In this document: piece after piece, positions 61,672-64,000 of the stretch
Layout: each line of letters starts with the position of its first letter
Position numbering within the stretch: position 1 is the first letter of the stretch
Origin: a bacterium
GTDB taxonomy: Bacteria > Electryoneota > Electryoneia > Electryoneales > Electryoneaceae
NCBI GenBank assembly: GCA_963675295.2
Contig: CAXXKJ010000002.1
Location: 2,720,001-2,784,000, forward strand
DNA length: 64,000 bases
Direction of reading: 5' to 3'
Notes under the pieces: generated by a model
What the model saw: the letters and a program-made list of their open reading frames with translations, nothing else
The model's database searches: none
Told to the model about the DNA's origin: nothing
Translations under genes and position numbers: made by a program

Positions 61672-63495
61672 GTGAAAAAGCTCGTCATTCTTTTCTTTGC
61701 CATCCTGATGTGCACCACTGCATCCGCACAAGAGTGGGTCGAACACGCCGTGGACGGCGATTCATTTGGTGCTTGTTCCGCATACGCCATGGATATTGAC
61801 GGCGATGGCGATATCGACGTGCTTGCTGCAGCGACGTTTGCCCATGAGATAACCTGGTCGGAGAACACAGATGGATTGGGCACAGTCTGGACCGAACACA
61901 CCGTGGACGGCAATTTTGGCTACACAGAGTCTGTTTACGCAACAGACATTGACGGTGACGGTGACATCGACGTAGTTGGTGCGGCGACTGAGGACCTAGT
62001 CACTTGGTGGGAAAATGTTGCTGGATCTGGCACGGTATGGACCGAACACACCGTGGACAACAATATTGATAACCCGCGTTCTGTTTACGCAACAGACATT
62101 GACGGTGACGGTGACACAGATGTGCTCGGTGCTGCATATTTTGGAGATGAAATCATTTGGTGGGAAAACGTTGACGGCGCGGGCAGTGCGTGGAACGAAC
62201 ACACTGTGGATGGTGCTTTTGAAGGTGCAATCTCGGTGTACGCAACAGATATGGACGGCGACGGCGACACCGATGTGCTTGGTGGGGGGTTTCATGCTGA
62301 CGAAATCACATGGTGGGAGAACACCAACGGTGTCGGCACAGTCTGGACAGAACATACCATAGACGGTGATTTCGAAGCGTTTTCCGTTTACGCAACAGAC
62401 ATTGACGGCGACGGCGATGTCGACGTTTTTGGTGGTGATACGGGTTTTTCTGTCCAGGGCCTCACGTGGTGGGAGAACGTTGATGGTGCCGGCACGGTGT
62501 GGACCGAATACCTATTGGACGGCGATTGCGTTGGCGTACGTTCCGTGTATGCGACAGATGTTGATGGCGACGGCGACACTGACTTGCTCGCAGCAGATCA
62601 GTGGGAGAACAACATCTCGTGGTGGGAAAACGAGAATGGCGATGGCAGCGAGTGGATCAGACACACTGTAATTGGAGATTTCGAGGGCCCTCAATCTGTT
62701 TACGCCACGGATATTGACGGTGACGGCGATATCGACGTACTTGGTGCGGCTAACCCAGGCTACGAAATAGCATGGTGGGAACAGGTGAATGCGGAACTCA
62801 CCCTTGTTCCTCATCAAACCACAGTTCCTTCCGGTGGTGGACACCTAATCTTCGATGTGACCTTATCTATCCCCGGAAATGTTCACATGCTTCATGCACA
62901 GTTTTGGACGGAGCTGACATTCCCGAATGGCGGCGAATGCTTGCTGCATATGCGTGCATTTGAAGTTGATCCGTTCATGAATTTATCGTTCTCAGATATC
63001 GCAACACAAAATGTGCCAGCTGCCGCTCCGCCTGGGATTTACACATACACCGCCAGTGCGGGTCGGAACGGTTTTCCTCGATTGATTGAAGTCACGGATT
63101 CCTTCGAGTTCGAGAAATTGGGCGATGCAACTGTATGCAGTAACTATGTGTTCAAGCCCGACGATTGGCAGTTCAACGGTCTGGACTTTGGATCGGAAGC
63201 GGGTGATGTTCAAGCGACCATTGTACCTGACGAGTTTATGGTGACAGCTCCCTACCCGAATCCCTTTAATTCGACCACCTGCATTAGTATCAGACTGCCG
63301 GAAACAACTAAGCTGGAGGTGACTGTATTTAGCGTGACCGGGCAGCGAGTCGTTAAACTGGCGAACGGCCGGTATCAGGCCGGATCGCACACGCTGACCT
63401 TCGACGCGTCCAACCTCGCGTCCGGCCTGTACTTCATCCGCGCCACCGTGCCTGGCCAGCTCGACCAAGTGCAGAAGGTGATACTGGTGCGCTGA
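61672..63495 (+). CDS. Secreted 7-repeat FG-GAP/VCBS propeller with T9SS-type tail
   Basis: Same architecture; GTG start in a leader nearly identical to that of the preceding gene. Confidence 0.9.
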   Translation: MKKLVILFFAILMCTTASAQEWVEHAVDGDSFGACSAYAMDIDGDGDIDVLAAATFAHEITWSENTDGLGTVWTEHTVDGNFGYTESVYATDIDGDGDIDVVGAATEDLVTWWENVAGSGTVWTEHTVDNNIDNPRSVYATDIDGDGDTDVLGAAYFGDEIIWWENVDGAGSAWNEHTVDGAFEGAISVYATDMDGDGDTDVLGGGFHADEITWWENTNGVGTVWTEHTIDGDFEAFSVYATDIDGDGDVDVFGGDTGFSVQGLTWWENVDGAGTVWTEYLLDGDCVGVRSVYATDVDGDGDTDLLAADQWENNISWWENENGDGSEWIRHTVIGDFEGPQSVYATDIDGDGDIDVLGAANPGYEIAWWEQVNAELTLVPHQTTVPSGGGHLIFDVTLSIPGNVHMLHAQFWTELTFPNGGECLLHMRAFEVDPFMNLSFSDIATQNVPAAAPPGIYTYTASAGRNGFPRLIEVTDSFEFEKLGDATVCSNYVFKPDDWQFNGLDFGSEAGDVQATIVPDEFMVTAPYPNPFNSTTCISIRLPETTKLEVTVFSVTGQRVVKLANGRYQAGSHTLTFDASNLASGLYFIRATVPGQLDQVQKVILVR

Positions 63496-63722
63496 AGCAG
63501 CCCGGTTCCACAGGGAGCTTCTAAGAGTCGAAAGCGGCCACAGGTCAAATACCTTGACCATGTGGCCGTTTGTCGCTCAGGGGCGCTCTATTGGCCTTTC
63601 TGGCGTGTAGAATCTCAAGCAGCGTACAGGAAAGCGATCAGGGATGTGGTTATGGTACGAGTTACACTATTTGATTTCGAATCCGGCAGAAGGCCCATCC
63701 CGCATGGCTTTCGCCGCTCTAA

Positions 63723-63745
63723 ATTTGGTGCAAATGAGGTGCAGT
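63723..63745. repeat. Putative integrase arm-type site, right end
   Basis: ATTTGGTGCAAATGAGGTGCAGT, 22/23 identical to 50832-50854. Confidence 0.8.
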
Positions 63746-63848
63746 GAGGACAACAAACTGCCATATTCAGCAAACAGCGCCAAGAGTTAACCTCTTAAAG
63801 AAACAATTGGTAACAATTGCAGCTTGTTGTGATATATGGTATTGCTAA

Positions 63849-63895
63849 GACTACGGATCAGGAGGTTTGGGGTTCGAATCCCTACAAGAGTACCA
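63849..63895 (+). pseudogene. 3' half of tRNA-Arg(ACG), att-type fragment
   Basis: GA-CTACGGA-TCAGG-AGGTT-TGGGG-TTCGAAT-CCCTA-CAAGAGT-A-CCA; no D-arm or 5' acceptor strand upstream. Confidence 0.8.
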
Positions 63896-63899
63896 TATG

Positions 63900-63929
63900 A
63901 AAGGGTCAGGCAGCTGCCTGACCCTTTTT
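63900..63929 (+). terminator. Terminator after the tRNA fragment
   Basis: Perfect palindrome AAAGGGTCAGGCAGCTGCCTGACCCTTT followed by further Ts. Confidence 0.75.
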
Positions 63930-64000
63930 CGTAGCGCAAGACGGACTAGATTCAGAAAACGAATCGAACTCGGAAAGAAACCAGATCAACCACTGGATCA

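Larger units (their letters stand above)
50785..63895. mobile_element. tRNA-integrated PICI/phage-satellite-like element (~13 kb)
   Basis: Integrase next to a tRNA, xis-like gene, primase-helicase, DUF5681 gene and cargo; shared 23-bp arm-like repeat near both ends and a tRNA 3' fragment at the right end; no capsid or tail genes. Confidence 0.8.

Noticed and set aside
57252-63495. Diversity-generating retroelement acting on the propeller genes
   Set aside because: No reverse transcriptase and no adenine-specific TR/VR pair seen in the window.
63800-63895. Complete tRNA-Arg gene
   Set aside because: No D-arm or 5' acceptor strand complementary to CAAGAGT upstream; only the 3' half is present.

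Overview
GC-rich chromosomal segment, probably from an FCB-group bacterium (inferred from T9SS-type YPNPFN sorting tails, a gingipain-like protein and Bacteroidota-like NuoD/short NuoG). The left 50 kb is mostly core genes on the minus strand: a complete 14-gene nuoA-N operon directly downstream of an nrdR-rnfCDGEAB operon, plus glyA, rpiB, rpmE, EF-G2, uvrA, a CitD-CitE fusion, a Phd-RelE toxin-antitoxin pair and several secreted proteins. Both respiratory operons are interrupted by single AT-rich foreign genes, and several REP-like palindrome and heptamer-repeat families fill the intergenic spacers. RnfD carries an unusual ~255-aa N-terminal charged repeat extension. From tRNA-Asn (50712) to ~63.9 kb lies a ~13 kb capsid-less, PICI/satellite-like integrative element: integrase, xis-like gene, primase-helicase, ori-like inverted repeat, DUF5681/TerS-like gene and three small paralogues. 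Its cargo is three T9SS-tailed seven-bladed FG-GAP propellers. Its right junction is a tRNA-Arg(ACG) 3' half rather than a tRNA-Asn fragment. Family names come from motif recognition by eye; no database searches were run.
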